Of a DNA stretch of 64,000 nt, positions 1 through 8,355 are shown piece after piece. This stretch comes from an uncultured Clostridia bacterium (GTDB lineage: Bacteria; Bacillota; Clostridia; TANB77; RGIG9151), in assembly GCA_934500865.1 (NCBI GenBank), contig CAKSUD010000001.1, positions 1,509 through 65,508 of the forward strand, given 5' to 3'. The stretch's first letter is position 1. Each line of letters begins with the position of its first letter. The position numbers and the translations under genes are program-made. A model generated the notes under the pieces. That model saw only the letters and a program-made list of their open reading frames with translations. It was not told where the DNA came from and made no database searches.

Positions 1-1375
1 AACGATACTTCGTGACGGACATCAATCGCTTATTGCGACAAGAATGACTACTGATGAGATGTTACCTGCATTAGAAAAGCTTGATGCTATTGGGTATAAT
101 GCATTAGAATGTTGGGGCGGTGCTACATTTGATGTATGTATGAGATTTCTAAAAGAGGATCCGTGGGTAAGACTTAGAAAGATCAGAGAAACAGTTAAAA
201 ATACGAAGCTACAAATGTTGCTTCGTGGTCAAAATTTACTTGGATATAAAAATTATTCGGATGATGTTGTTGAGTATTTCGTTAAGAAATCTATTTCAAA
301 TGGAATAGATATTATTAGAATATTTGATGCATTAAATGATTTTAGAAATATTGAAACTGCAATAGAAGCATGTAAACATGAAGGTGGACACGCCCAGGCA
401 ACTATATGCTATACAACAAGTCCGGTGCATACAATAGATGGATTCGTGGAAGATGCAAGGCGTTTATATAATATGGGCGCGGATTCTATATGTATTAAAG
501 ATATGGCGGGAATATTACTTCCGTATACTGCTTATGAGTTGGTTAAGAGGATAAAAGAATATGTTAATTTACCTATTGAACTTCATACGCATTATACTGC
601 AGGTACTGGTTCAATGACTTATCTAAAGGCTATTGAGGCGGGTTGTGATATAATAGATACAGCACTTTCTCCATTTGCGTTAGGCACTTCACAGCCTTCT
701 ACCGAAGCAATGGTAGCAACACTTAATGGAACACAGTTCGATACAGGACTTGATTTATCTGCTTTTGCTGATGTTTCTAACTATTTTAATGGAATTAAAG
801 AAAAGTATATACAAAATGGAATGCTTGACTCTAAAGTTATGTCGGCAGATTCAAATGTGCTTATTTACCAGGTACCTGGTGGAATGCTTTCTAATTTAGT
901 TTCACAGTTAAAACAACAAAATGCGATGGATAAGTTTAATGAGGTATTGGCGGAAGTGCCTAGAGTTCGTGAAGATATGGGATTTCCTCCTTTGGTTACG
1001 CCTACAAGCCAAATTGTAGGTACACAGGCTGTGTTAAATGTAATTATGGGCGAGAGATATAAAATGGTTACAAAGGAAACAAAAGGTTTGGTAAGAGGAG
1101 AATACGGAAGGACTCCTGTACCTATTTCAGAGGAAATAGTGAAAAAGATTATTGGAGATGAAACTGTTATTAGTTATAGACCGGCTAATCGAATACCACC
1201 GGAGCTTGATAAAATGCGCAAAGAAATGAACGAATATTTTGAGCAGGATGAAGATGTTTTGTCTTATGCATTATTTCCTAATATTGCATTAGATTTCTTT
1301 AAGCTAAGACGCGCAGAAAAATATGGGATAGAATCAGAATTTACTGATTTTGAAAATAAAGTAACAATTGTATAA
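1..1375 (+). CDS. Oxaloacetate decarboxylase alpha / pyruvate carboxylase subunit B-like carboxyltransferase (5S-type), 5' partial, no biotinyl domain
   Basis: In-frame upstream codons read TILRDGHQSLIATRM, continuing the conserved OadA/PycB N-terminus, so the gene is truncated by the window edge. HMGL-like fold (LRDGHQS, ECWGGATFD). The protein ends about 443 aa, before any AMKM biotin-attachment lobe. Confidence 0.8.
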   Translation, partial: TILRDGHQSLIATRMTTDEMLPALEKLDAIGYNALECWGGATFDVCMRFLKEDPWVRLRKIRETVKNTKLQMLLRGQNLLGYKNYSDDVVEYFVKKSISNGIDIIRIFDALNDFRNIETAIEACKHEGGHAQATICYTTSPVHTIDGFVEDARRLYNMGADSICIKDMAGILLPYTAYELVKRIKEYVNLPIELHTHYTAGTGSMTYLKAIEAGCDIIDTALSPFALGTSQPSTEAMVATLNGTQFDTGLDLSAFADVSNYFNGIKEKYIQNGMLDSKVMSADSNVLIYQVPGGMLSNLVSQLKQQNAMDKFNEVLAEVPRVREDMGFPPLVTPTSQIVGTQAVLNVIMGERYKMVTKETKGLVRGEYGRTPVPISEEIVKKIIGDETVISYRPANRIPPELDKMRKEMNEYFEQDEDVLSYALFPNIALDFFKLRRAEKYGIESEFTDFENKVTIV

Positions 1376-1389
1376 GAGGAGTTAAATTT

Positions 1390-3015
1390 ATGGGCAAGTT
1401 TTTTGGATTTAATGAAAATTATGTGGGATTATCTGATAATGAGGCGTGGCTTAGAGTTTATGACAAAGGTAAAAATTTAATGCCTATAAAAAACAAAAAA
1501 ATTCAACACAAATATAATAATATGTTTAGAAAAAAGACTAAAGTTATAAGAAGTGGAATTTCAAAATCCGTAAAAACAGATTGCCTTGTTCCAGAGGATA
1601 TAATTTTAGTTGAAAAAGGCGATTTTGTGCCTGTTGATGGTATTGTTTTAGAGGCAAACAATCTTTATATGGAAAATGATATTTGTTTTAATTCTGCTAA
1701 CATTGAAGTTGGAGAACAATATTATGATAAAGATAAGCCAGTTTACCAAGGAATGAAAGTAAAGTCTGGCAAGGGGTTAATTAGAGCAGAAAAAACCGGT
1801 ACTGAGACTTTACTTGGAGAACAGATAAAAGAAATTGATTTATTTAACAAAAAGGAAAGTAAGACTGCGAAGAAGTTTCTCGTTTTTTCAGGAATATTAA
1901 CAATTATACTATTTTTTATTGCTATTGGCACTCAATTCTTTAATTCTAAAGATTTCGGAATTGCTTTAAAATATGGTGTTATAATGCTTATTGCAGCTTT
2001 TCCGGTTAGTTTTTTAATTACAGTATTTATAAGAGTGTTTATGCAGTTAGATATTTTTAAGAAATTCGGGCTTGTATTGAAAAACAAAAATTATTTATTT
2101 GATTTTAGGAAATTAGATATTATTTGCATAGATAAGAAATTTCTTATTCAAGATTTTACAAAGTACATTCAAGATATCTTTAATGCAGGAATTAGGGTTG
2201 CCGTTATTAGTGATACTTCTTTGGAAGATACATTAAAATCAGCAAACGAAGCCGGAATTGACACTAAAAATACGACATATTTTTCGGGTGACGAACTAGA
2301 TAGAATGGAAGAAGAGGAATATGTAAAGGCAATATGCGAAGGAATAATATTTTATAATATAAGTCATAAGCAAAAAAGCAAAATGATAAAAATATTTGAA
2401 GAAGTAAAAATAAATGTGTTATGTGCCGGAGACGGGATAGAGGATTTAGCAAGTATATGGGAAGCATATATCGGACTTTCAAGCAATAGGACTAAAAGGA
2501 GTATAGATAGAGGCTTAGCTGATTTACTAATATCCGGCAATAATTTTTCAGCGGTATATAGACTAATAAAGAGCAGAATAGAATTTAGAAAGATGATTAT
2601 TTCAAACTTTAAGTTAAATATTGCCTTCCAAATTCCATTGATGTTTTTGACGCTATTTGCAGTTGTAAACAACATTGGCATTTTAAGTTTTGTTTTTCAT
2701 CTTTTAGCGTTGGAGCTTATAATTATTCCACTATTATTGATGTTTTCTACTAAAGGCTATAGTGAAGAAGAAATATTTGTTCCGTATGAAAATGAGTTAG
2801 GAATAAAGAGCGTTGCTAAAATGGCTGGTTTTGGCTTAATTATCTTAGCTATTTTGGCTGTCGGTTATGTTGGACTAAATGTTTTAATTAAGAATGATAT
2901 TATAAATGTAAGTATTGTTACTGTAGTGCTTGCGATATTCTATTGGGTATGTATTAGGTTAAATCAAAAGGTAGTTAAAAAGAATACTAAAATAGAAGAA
3001 CAAACCATAATTTAA
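1390..3015 (+). CDS. P-type ATPase-like membrane protein with degenerate catalytic motifs (putative pseudo-ATPase)
   Basis: RBS GAGGAG precedes the start. The actuator-like segment (VYQGMKVKSGKGLIRAEKTGTETLLGEQI) lacks TGES. About 6 TM helices are present, including a PEGL-like AAFPVSFL helix. DKTGT is replaced by ICIDKKF, and the N-domain is absent. The hinge GDGxND reads CAGDGIEDLAS. Confidence 0.55.
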   Translation: MGKFFGFNENYVGLSDNEAWLRVYDKGKNLMPIKNKKIQHKYNNMFRKKTKVIRSGISKSVKTDCLVPEDIILVEKGDFVPVDGIVLEANNLYMENDICFNSANIEVGEQYYDKDKPVYQGMKVKSGKGLIRAEKTGTETLLGEQIKEIDLFNKKESKTAKKFLVFSGILTIILFFIAIGTQFFNSKDFGIALKYGVIMLIAAFPVSFLITVFIRVFMQLDIFKKFGLVLKNKNYLFDFRKLDIICIDKKFLIQDFTKYIQDIFNAGIRVAVISDTSLEDTLKSANEAGIDTKNTTYFSGDELDRMEEEEYVKAICEGIIFYNISHKQKSKMIKIFEEVKINVLCAGDGIEDLASIWEAYIGLSSNRTKRSIDRGLADLLISGNNFSAVYRLIKSRIEFRKMIISNFKLNIAFQIPLMFLTLFAVVNNIGILSFVFHLLALELIIIPLLLMFSTKGYSEEEIFVPYENELGIKSVAKMAGFGLIILAILAVGYVGLNVLIKNDIINVSIVTVVLAIFYWVCIRLNQKVVKKNTKIEEQTII

Positions 3016-3038
3016 TGTTATGGTTTGTTCTTTTTGGG

Positions 3039-3395
3039 TTAATTTTTTACTTTTGGTCTGAATATTAATCCGACTAAGAAACTAAAGAAGATAGCAGCAC
3101 CTACTCCGGCTGCAGTAGCTTTTATTCCACCTGTGAATATTCCTAAGAAGCCATAGGTTGAAACTTCTTTGAATACTCCTTTTACTAAGGAATAGCCGAA
3201 TCCTGTGAGTGGTACGGTTGCACCTGCTCCACCGAATTTTACAATTGGTTCGTATATACCTATTGCTGTTAGAATTACACCTGTAACAATGAAAGTTACT
3301 AAAATTCTTGCTGGTGTTAATTTTGTTTTATCAATTAATATTTGTCCGATGGCGCATATTATACCACCCGTTATGAATGCAGTTAAATATGACAT
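3039..3395 (-). CDS. spoVAE: Stage V sporulation protein AE (SpoVAEB-type small membrane subunit)
   Basis: 118-aa polytopic protein with Gly-rich motifs (FGGAGATVPLTGFG). It is paralogous to the upstream SpoVAC-like ORF and is the third gene of a spoVAC-AD-AE arrangement. Confidence 0.75.
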   Translation of the reverse strand: MSYLTAFITGGIICAIGQILIDKTKLTPARILVTFIVTGVILTAIGIYEPIVKFGGAGATVPLTGFGYSLVKGVFKEVSTYGFLGIFTGGIKATAAGVGAAIFFSFLVGLIFRPKVKN

Positions 3396-3407
3396 TATTA
3401 TACCTCC

Positions 3408-4412
3408 TTAATTTTCTATTGAAATTGCGTGAGCTATTCCGGAAATTGATTCTCCTTGTTGAATTGCAGTTGTACTCATAAGTGCGCCGGTTGCAACAAG
3501 AAGAATTCTGTTTAACTCTTTTTGCATTAATTTTTCATAGAGGTATCCGCAAAATACTGTTCCGCAACAAGCACATCCGCTACCACCCGAATGTGTGTCC
3601 TGTTGTGATTTGTCAAAAATTAAGATTCCACAATCATTGTATCTGTTTTTTATATTTATTCCTTGCTTGTAGAGTATATCTTTTACAATTTCGCCGCCGA
3701 TATGTCCTAAATCTCCGGTTACTATTAAATCATAATAATTTGGTTCTCTGCCTGTTTCTGTTAAGTGTGAATATATCGTGTCTGCTGCTGCCGGAGCCAT
3801 TGCCGCTCCCATATTATTTGCATCTTTTATGCCCATATCTACGATTTTTCCGATTGTTACATTTGTTATTTTAGGTCCAATATTATCTGTTGATATAATT
3901 GCCGCTCCCGAGCCTGTTACTGTCCATTGAGATGTTGGAGGACGTTGGTTTCCTAGTTCTAGGGGGAATCTAAATTGCCTTTCTGCCGAACAGAAATGAC
4001 TAGAGGTTACTGCTAAAATATTATCTGCAAATCCGCCATCAACTAGCATCGAACCCACAGCCATAGATTCTACCATTGTGGAACAAGCACCATATAATCC
4101 GATAAATGGTATTTCACTATCTCTTATTGCATACGACGATGAAATACATTGATTTAATAAGTCCCCGGCAAGGACATAATTAATGTCATCCGGAGTTTTT
4201 TGAGCTTTTTGTAAAACTTTGTTTATATTTTCTTTTGCCAGTTTTGATTCTGTTTTCTCAAAGCTTTTTTCACCCCAGTACTCATCTTCTAAAATATAAT
4301 CAAAGTATTGCTTAAGAGGACCTTCGCCTTCTTTTTTACCTACAATAGAGGCTGTTTGTATAATATGTGGTGTACTGTTTAGCGAAACAGTACTTTTTCC
4401 CAGTCTTTTCAT
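3408..4412 (-). CDS. spoVAD: Stage V sporulation protein AD (thiolase-fold)
   Basis: 334 aa with a SpoVAD-like condensing-enzyme fold. Flanked by the spoVAC-like and spoVAE-like genes. Confidence 0.85.
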   Translation of the reverse strand: MKRLGKSTVSLNSTPHIIQTASIVGKKEGEGPLKQYFDYILEDEYWGEKSFEKTESKLAKENINKVLQKAQKTPDDINYVLAGDLLNQCISSSYAIRDSEIPFIGLYGACSTMVESMAVGSMLVDGGFADNILAVTSSHFCSAERQFRFPLELGNQRPPTSQWTVTGSGAAIISTDNIGPKITNVTIGKIVDMGIKDANNMGAAMAPAAADTIYSHLTETGREPNYYDLIVTGDLGHIGGEIVKDILYKQGINIKNRYNDCGILIFDKSQQDTHSGGSGCACCGTVFCGYLYEKLMQKELNRILLVATGALMSTTAIQQGESISGIAHAISIEN

Positions 4413-4429
4413 AAAGTGCTCCTTTCTGG

Positions 4430-4876
4430 TTATAGGTTAAATATAAAATAGAGAAAACCAACTACGATAGATGAAGAGATACCGTAAACAAGTACGGGAC
4501 CTGCAACTGTGAACATTTTTGCACCGAGTCCCATTACAAGACCTTCAGATTTATATTCCATTGCTGGTGAGGCAATAGAATTTGCAAATCCGGTGATCGG
4601 AACTACCGAACCGGCTCCGGCACGTTTTCCAATTGCGTCATATAAGTCAAACGCAGTTAAAATTATAGCAATTAGTATAAGAAGTATAGAAGTAATTGCT
4701 GAGACTGTGTCTTTAGGTAATCCACGAGCTACAAAAAAGTTAGTTATAAATTGACCTATTATACATATAATTCCTCCAACTACGAATGCCCAAGCCATAT
4801 TTTTGGCAAGTGGACTGTTTGGAGATTTTTTATCTACATACTTTGAATATTCTGCTTGTGTAAATTGCTTATTCAT
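4430..4876 (-). CDS. spoVAC: Stage V sporulation protein AC
   Basis: 148-aa membrane protein with a motif similar to SpoVAE (AGAGSVVPITGFANS). First gene of the tricistron. Confidence 0.8.
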   Translation of the reverse strand: MNKQFTQAEYSKYVDKKSPNSPLAKNMAWAFVVGGIICIIGQFITNFFVARGLPKDTVSAITSILLILIAIILTAFDLYDAIGKRAGAGSVVPITGFANSIASPAMEYKSEGLVMGLGAKMFTVAGPVLVYGISSSIVVGFLYFIFNL

Positions 4877-4894
4877 TTTTTATTCCTCACTTTC

Positions 4895-6277
4895 CTAAAT
4901 TGTCAATATTCCGTTTGGAGTGTTTATTATTATTAAAATATCCTCTTCATTTCCCGTTTCTGCGTTTATATAAACAATAAAGTCTCTATCATTTACTTTA
5001 CCTGTGAATTCATATACTAAAACTTCTGTTTTTACTTCTGTTGGAATTATTGCTAGTCCTGAACTTTTGGCATTTAGATCTTTATTTATTAGTTCTTTTG
5101 CTTGGGCTTCTGTAATCTTTGGAGTGGCTATGTCACGTTTATGATGTGAAAATAAATATCCTGCCGATTCAAAGCCTAATGTTTCTCCGTTATCTAGAGC
5201 GACAGATACTTTTACTAAATCGGCGTATATGGTAACATTATCTTGTCTATACGCAAAGTTTATTGTTGCAATGTTATTTTGTTCTATATAATAAGTTGCT
5301 TCCATACTGTCAAGTCCGCGAGAAGAGAGAAAATCCTTAGCTTTTTGTTTTGCATCATCTATAGATAAGGTCTTGTCTTTTACATCACGATTGTAGAGCA
5401 TCCATATTACATGTCCGCCAACTTTTGAAATATCCATATTTGCTTCATTATCGTCAGTTAGTTTTGCAGTAATGCTATAACAAGGAATTTTTGAATTGTT
5501 TGAGTCACTAATTGAAGTTATTTCTTTTACTTTATCTTTTCCTAGGAAAGTTGTTGCTACATTTTTTGCTTCTTCGGCAGAAATAGGATTTCCGGTTATT
5601 CCTTTTGGTTCCATATTGGTTATATGGTCAGAAAAAGGGCCGTCATAAATAAGACCGGGATAATCTTGAAATGTGTCAGAGACTTGTTCAAATATATTTG
5701 AATTATCTGTTTGGTTGACTTGTTTAAATGTTGATGAACCTTTTTTCTTTATCTCATTCCAATACATTCTGCCTCCTCCGATTTGACCGGATAACTCAGA
5801 CATACTGTTTTGAAGTTTTGTAGCATAGTCAGATAAGGATTTTATTTGAGATAGCTGTTCATCAGATAATGCTTTTTGCTCAATTGTTTGCATTGTAAGT
5901 GCATGGGAAAAATCACTTGTTTGGGATAAAAATTTTGATGTTTGGGCGATTAGATTTTGCTCAATTGGAAGTTGTACTAAATTTGTCTTTGCTAAATTTG
6001 ATTGGCGCCATATTTCACTCATTGTTTTTGCCCCATGTACAGGGTCTTTACTTACTAATGCTTTGGCGAGTAATGTGTCTATATTTTCAACATAAGTGGC
6101 CAGTTCATAAAACGCATGGTTATAACCGTTTTCTAAAGCTTGTTTATTATCGTTTCTTATTTTAAAAATATATCCGAGTAGAATAAGTATTATAAGAAAA
6201 CTGGTTATTACAATAGTGAACATGTGTCTGTCTCTTAGTCTGTTTCTCCAGTCTTTTAATTTCTCAGTAAAGTTCAT
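4895..6277 (-). CDS. ypeB: Germination protein YpeB (SleB partner)
   Basis: The track ORF runs 4895..6355 and overlaps sleB. An internal Met (MNFTEKL...) followed by a TM anchor gives a non-overlapping start near 6277. The C-terminal PepSY-like region is typical of YpeB. Confidence 0.65.
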   Translation of the reverse strand: MNFTEKLKDWRNRLRDRHMFTIVITSFLIILILLGYIFKIRNDNKQALENGYNHAFYELATYVENIDTLLAKALVSKDPVHGAKTMSEIWRQSNLAKTNLVQLPIEQNLIAQTSKFLSQTSDFSHALTMQTIEQKALSDEQLSQIKSLSDYATKLQNSMSELSGQIGGGRMYWNEIKKKGSSTFKQVNQTDNSNIFEQVSDTFQDYPGLIYDGPFSDHITNMEPKGITGNPISAEEAKNVATTFLGKDKVKEITSISDSNNSKIPCYSITAKLTDDNEANMDISKVGGHVIWMLYNRDVKDKTLSIDDAKQKAKDFLSSRGLDSMEATYYIEQNNIATINFAYRQDNVTIYADLVKVSVALDNGETLGFESAGYLFSHHKRDIATPKITEAQAKELINKDLNAKSSGLAIIPTEVKTEVLVYEFTGKVNDRDFIVYINAETGNEEDILIIINTPNGILTI

Positions 6278-6297
6278 AAGCTTAATCCTCCATAAAT

Positions 6298-6735
6298 TTA
6301 TTTGGCAAAAACGTGCTTGCCAACAGTTTTTACAATATTTTTGCTCCAAATCCACTTACTTTTTGCGGTAGATGGGTTAAAAAAGTATAAACATCCGCCG
6401 GTTGGGTCGTATCCATTTAATGCCTCTCTAGCTGCTTTTCTCGCACTTGCATCTTGTGGAACTTCTTGGTTTATAGTACCGTTTGAAACAGGCTCAAATG
6501 CACCTGGTTGATAGATAACTCCGGATAATGAATTTGGAAAGTCAGGACTATTTACTCTATTTAAAATAACTGCAGCAACACAAACTTGCCCAAGATAAGG
6601 TTCACCTTTCGACTCGGCATGAACAATTCTTGCAAGTAATTCTTCTTCGTTATTTCTAGCGGTAGATGTAGCAGAAGATTTTATAGATGTAATAATTATT
6701 AATAGACAAATAGAAATAAGTATAAATTTTCTCAA
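6298..6735 (-). CDS. sleB: Spore cortex-lytic enzyme SleB/CwlJ-family cell wall hydrolase (catalytic domain only, with signal peptide)
   Basis: Signal peptide MRKFILISICLLIIITSIKSSA. Hydrolase_2-like region (ARIVHAESKGEPYLGQVCVAAVILNRV, GCLYFFNP). Sits immediately upstream of ypeB. Confidence 0.7.
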   Translation of the reverse strand: MRKFILISICLLIIITSIKSSATSTARNNEEELLARIVHAESKGEPYLGQVCVAAVILNRVNSPDFPNSLSGVIYQPGAFEPVSNGTINQEVPQDASARKAAREALNGYDPTGGCLYFFNPSTAKSKWIWSKNIVKTVGKHVFAK

Positions 6736-6800
6736 AATTTCTCACTCCTTTTTCATGATAACTATTTTTAGCAAAAAGATATAAAATATACATTAGTGTA

Positions 6801-6830
6801 TTGCTATTTTGTGGTGAATTATGGTAAAAT
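6801..6830 (+). promoter_or_regulatory. Putative sigma-A promoter for upp (TTGCTA - 18 nt - TGgTAAAAT, extended -10)
   Basis: Motif read directly upstream of upp. Confidence 0.35.
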
Positions 6831-6910
6831 AATAAAGAGTCCCAAAGTAAGAAAAAACTTTGGAATTTTTTTAGGCAAAAATAAGTGTTAAGAAGGGGAG
6901 GAATAAAAGT

Positions 6911-7537
6911 ATGGAACCAATAGTTTTAACTCATCCGTTGGTAAAACACAAACTTGCAATATTGAGGGATAAGAATTCAGGTACTAAAGAATTTAGAGAG
7001 ATTGCATCGGAACTTGCCACAATGCTTTGTTATGAAGCTACAAAAGATGCTCCGCTATATGAAACGGAGATAGAAACGCCGATTGCAAAAATGAAAGTAC
7101 AAAAGTTAGATGAAGATAATTATGCATTTTTACCTATTTTAAGAGCAGGAATGAGTATGGTAGACGGGATATTAAATATTATTCCAAATGCAAAAGTAGG
7201 TCATATAGGATTATTTAGAAATGAAGAAACATTAGAGCCTACCCAATATTACTTTAAAGTTCCTCACGGAATTGAAAACAGAACAGTAATAATACTAGAC
7301 CCAATGATAGCAACAGGAGGAAGTGCCTGTGATGCAATTCAAAGTCTAAAAAATATAGGAGTAAAGAAAATAAAATTTTTGGCAATAATCGCTGTGCCGG
7401 AGGGATTAAAGAGAATCCAAGAAGCACATCCTGATGTGCAAATTTATTGCACAAGTATAGATAGTCACTTGAATGAAAATGGTTATATTGTACCAGGGTT
7501 AGGGGATGCCGGTGATCGTATTTACGGAACTAAGTAA
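6911..7537 (+). CDS. upp: Uracil phosphoribosyltransferase
   Basis: MEPIVLTHPLVKHKLAILRDKNSGTKEFRE is the canonical UPRTase N-terminus. Length 208 aa. Confidence 0.9.
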   Translation: MEPIVLTHPLVKHKLAILRDKNSGTKEFREIASELATMLCYEATKDAPLYETEIETPIAKMKVQKLDEDNYAFLPILRAGMSMVDGILNIIPNAKVGHIGLFRNEETLEPTQYYFKVPHGIENRTVIILDPMIATGGSACDAIQSLKNIGVKKIKFLAIIAVPEGLKRIQEAHPDVQIYCTSIDSHLNENGYIVPGLGDAGDRIYGTK

Positions 7538-7587
7538 TATTTCGGCTAAAATCACGTCCCAATTTATTTTGAAAAGGAGATAAAATT

Positions 7588-8325
7588 ATGAAGTATAAAA
7601 GAGTTTTACTTAAGTTAAGCGGTGGAGCCTTATCTAAGGATGAAAGACATGGTTATACAAAGGAAGCCCTAGAGCATATTACTGATGAAATTATTGCTGC
7701 GGCTAATGCAGGTATTGAAGTGGCGATTGTTACTGGTGGAGGAAATATTTTTAGAGGCAGAGTTGCTGATGAGTGGAATTTTGAAAGAGCTGAGGCTGAT
7801 AATATAGGAATGCTTGCTACAATTATGAACAGCTTAATGTTAAGAGGAGCTTTAACTGCAAAAGGAATGGAAAATGTAAGAGTTATGACTTCAATTCCTA
7901 TGAATACAGTTGCAGAGCCATACATAAGACTAAAGGCATTAAAGTATTTAGATAGAGGAAGAGTTGTAATTTTTGGTGGTGGAACAGGAAATCCTTTTGT
8001 TACTACTGATTATACTTCTATTCAAAAGGCTTTGGAGATTAGAGCAGATGTTGTTTTAATGGCTAAAGAAGGAGTAAATGGTATATATACAGCTAACCCT
8101 AAAGATGATCCAAATGCTAAGAGGTATAAAACAGCTACTTATGAAGAAGTTATTGCAAAGAAACTTCAGGTGGCTGATCAATCAGCATTTATACTAGCTA
8201 GTGAGTATAAGATGCCTATGTATGTGTTTGATTTTGATGAAAAGGATTCTGTTGTTAGATTGTGCAACGGAGAAAATATTGGTACATATGTTGGTGAAGA
8301 TTGCGTAACGGAAATGTACGAATAG
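7588..8325 (+). CDS. pyrH: UMP kinase (PyrH) homolog, likely paralog (located with upp, not tsf/frr)
   Basis: YKRVLLKLSGGAL, GGGNIFRG, DNIGMLATIMNSL, VAEPY, VVIFGGGTGNPFVTTDYT and ADVVLMAKEGVNGIYTANP all match PyrH. Confidence 0.8.
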   Translation: MKYKRVLLKLSGGALSKDERHGYTKEALEHITDEIIAAANAGIEVAIVTGGGNIFRGRVADEWNFERAEADNIGMLATIMNSLMLRGALTAKGMENVRVMTSIPMNTVAEPYIRLKALKYLDRGRVVIFGGGTGNPFVTTDYTSIQKALEIRADVVLMAKEGVNGIYTANPKDDPNAKRYKTATYEEVIAKKLQVADQSAFILASEYKMPMYVFDFDEKDSVVRLCNGENIGTYVGEDCVTEMYE

Positions 8326-8355
8326 ATATTTACAATGAATTTTAGGAGAAGTTAA

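Noticed and set aside
3205-3874. Track ORFs 3205..3411(+) and 3482..3874(+) antisense to spoVAE and spoVAD
   Set aside because: Fully embedded antisense to strongly supported genes, with low-complexity Leu/Phe-rich translations and no RBS. Treated as spurious, as are the other short antisense ORFs (for example 12022..12372, 22809..23149, 33125..33487, 44362..44970, 55838..56281).
6736-6800. Forespore (sigma-G/F) promoter for sleB on the minus strand
   Set aside because: GTATA / CATGAAAA fragments are present, but their spacing is inconsistent with the GHATR-N17/18-CATNNTA consensus. Too weak to call.
7588-8325. Reassigning the pyrH-like gene to another amino-acid-kinase family member (for example isopentenyl phosphate kinase) because of its unusual neighbourhood
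   Set aside because: Every diagnostic UMP-kinase block is conserved, and only SGEAL>SGGAL differs. Kept as a PyrH paralog.
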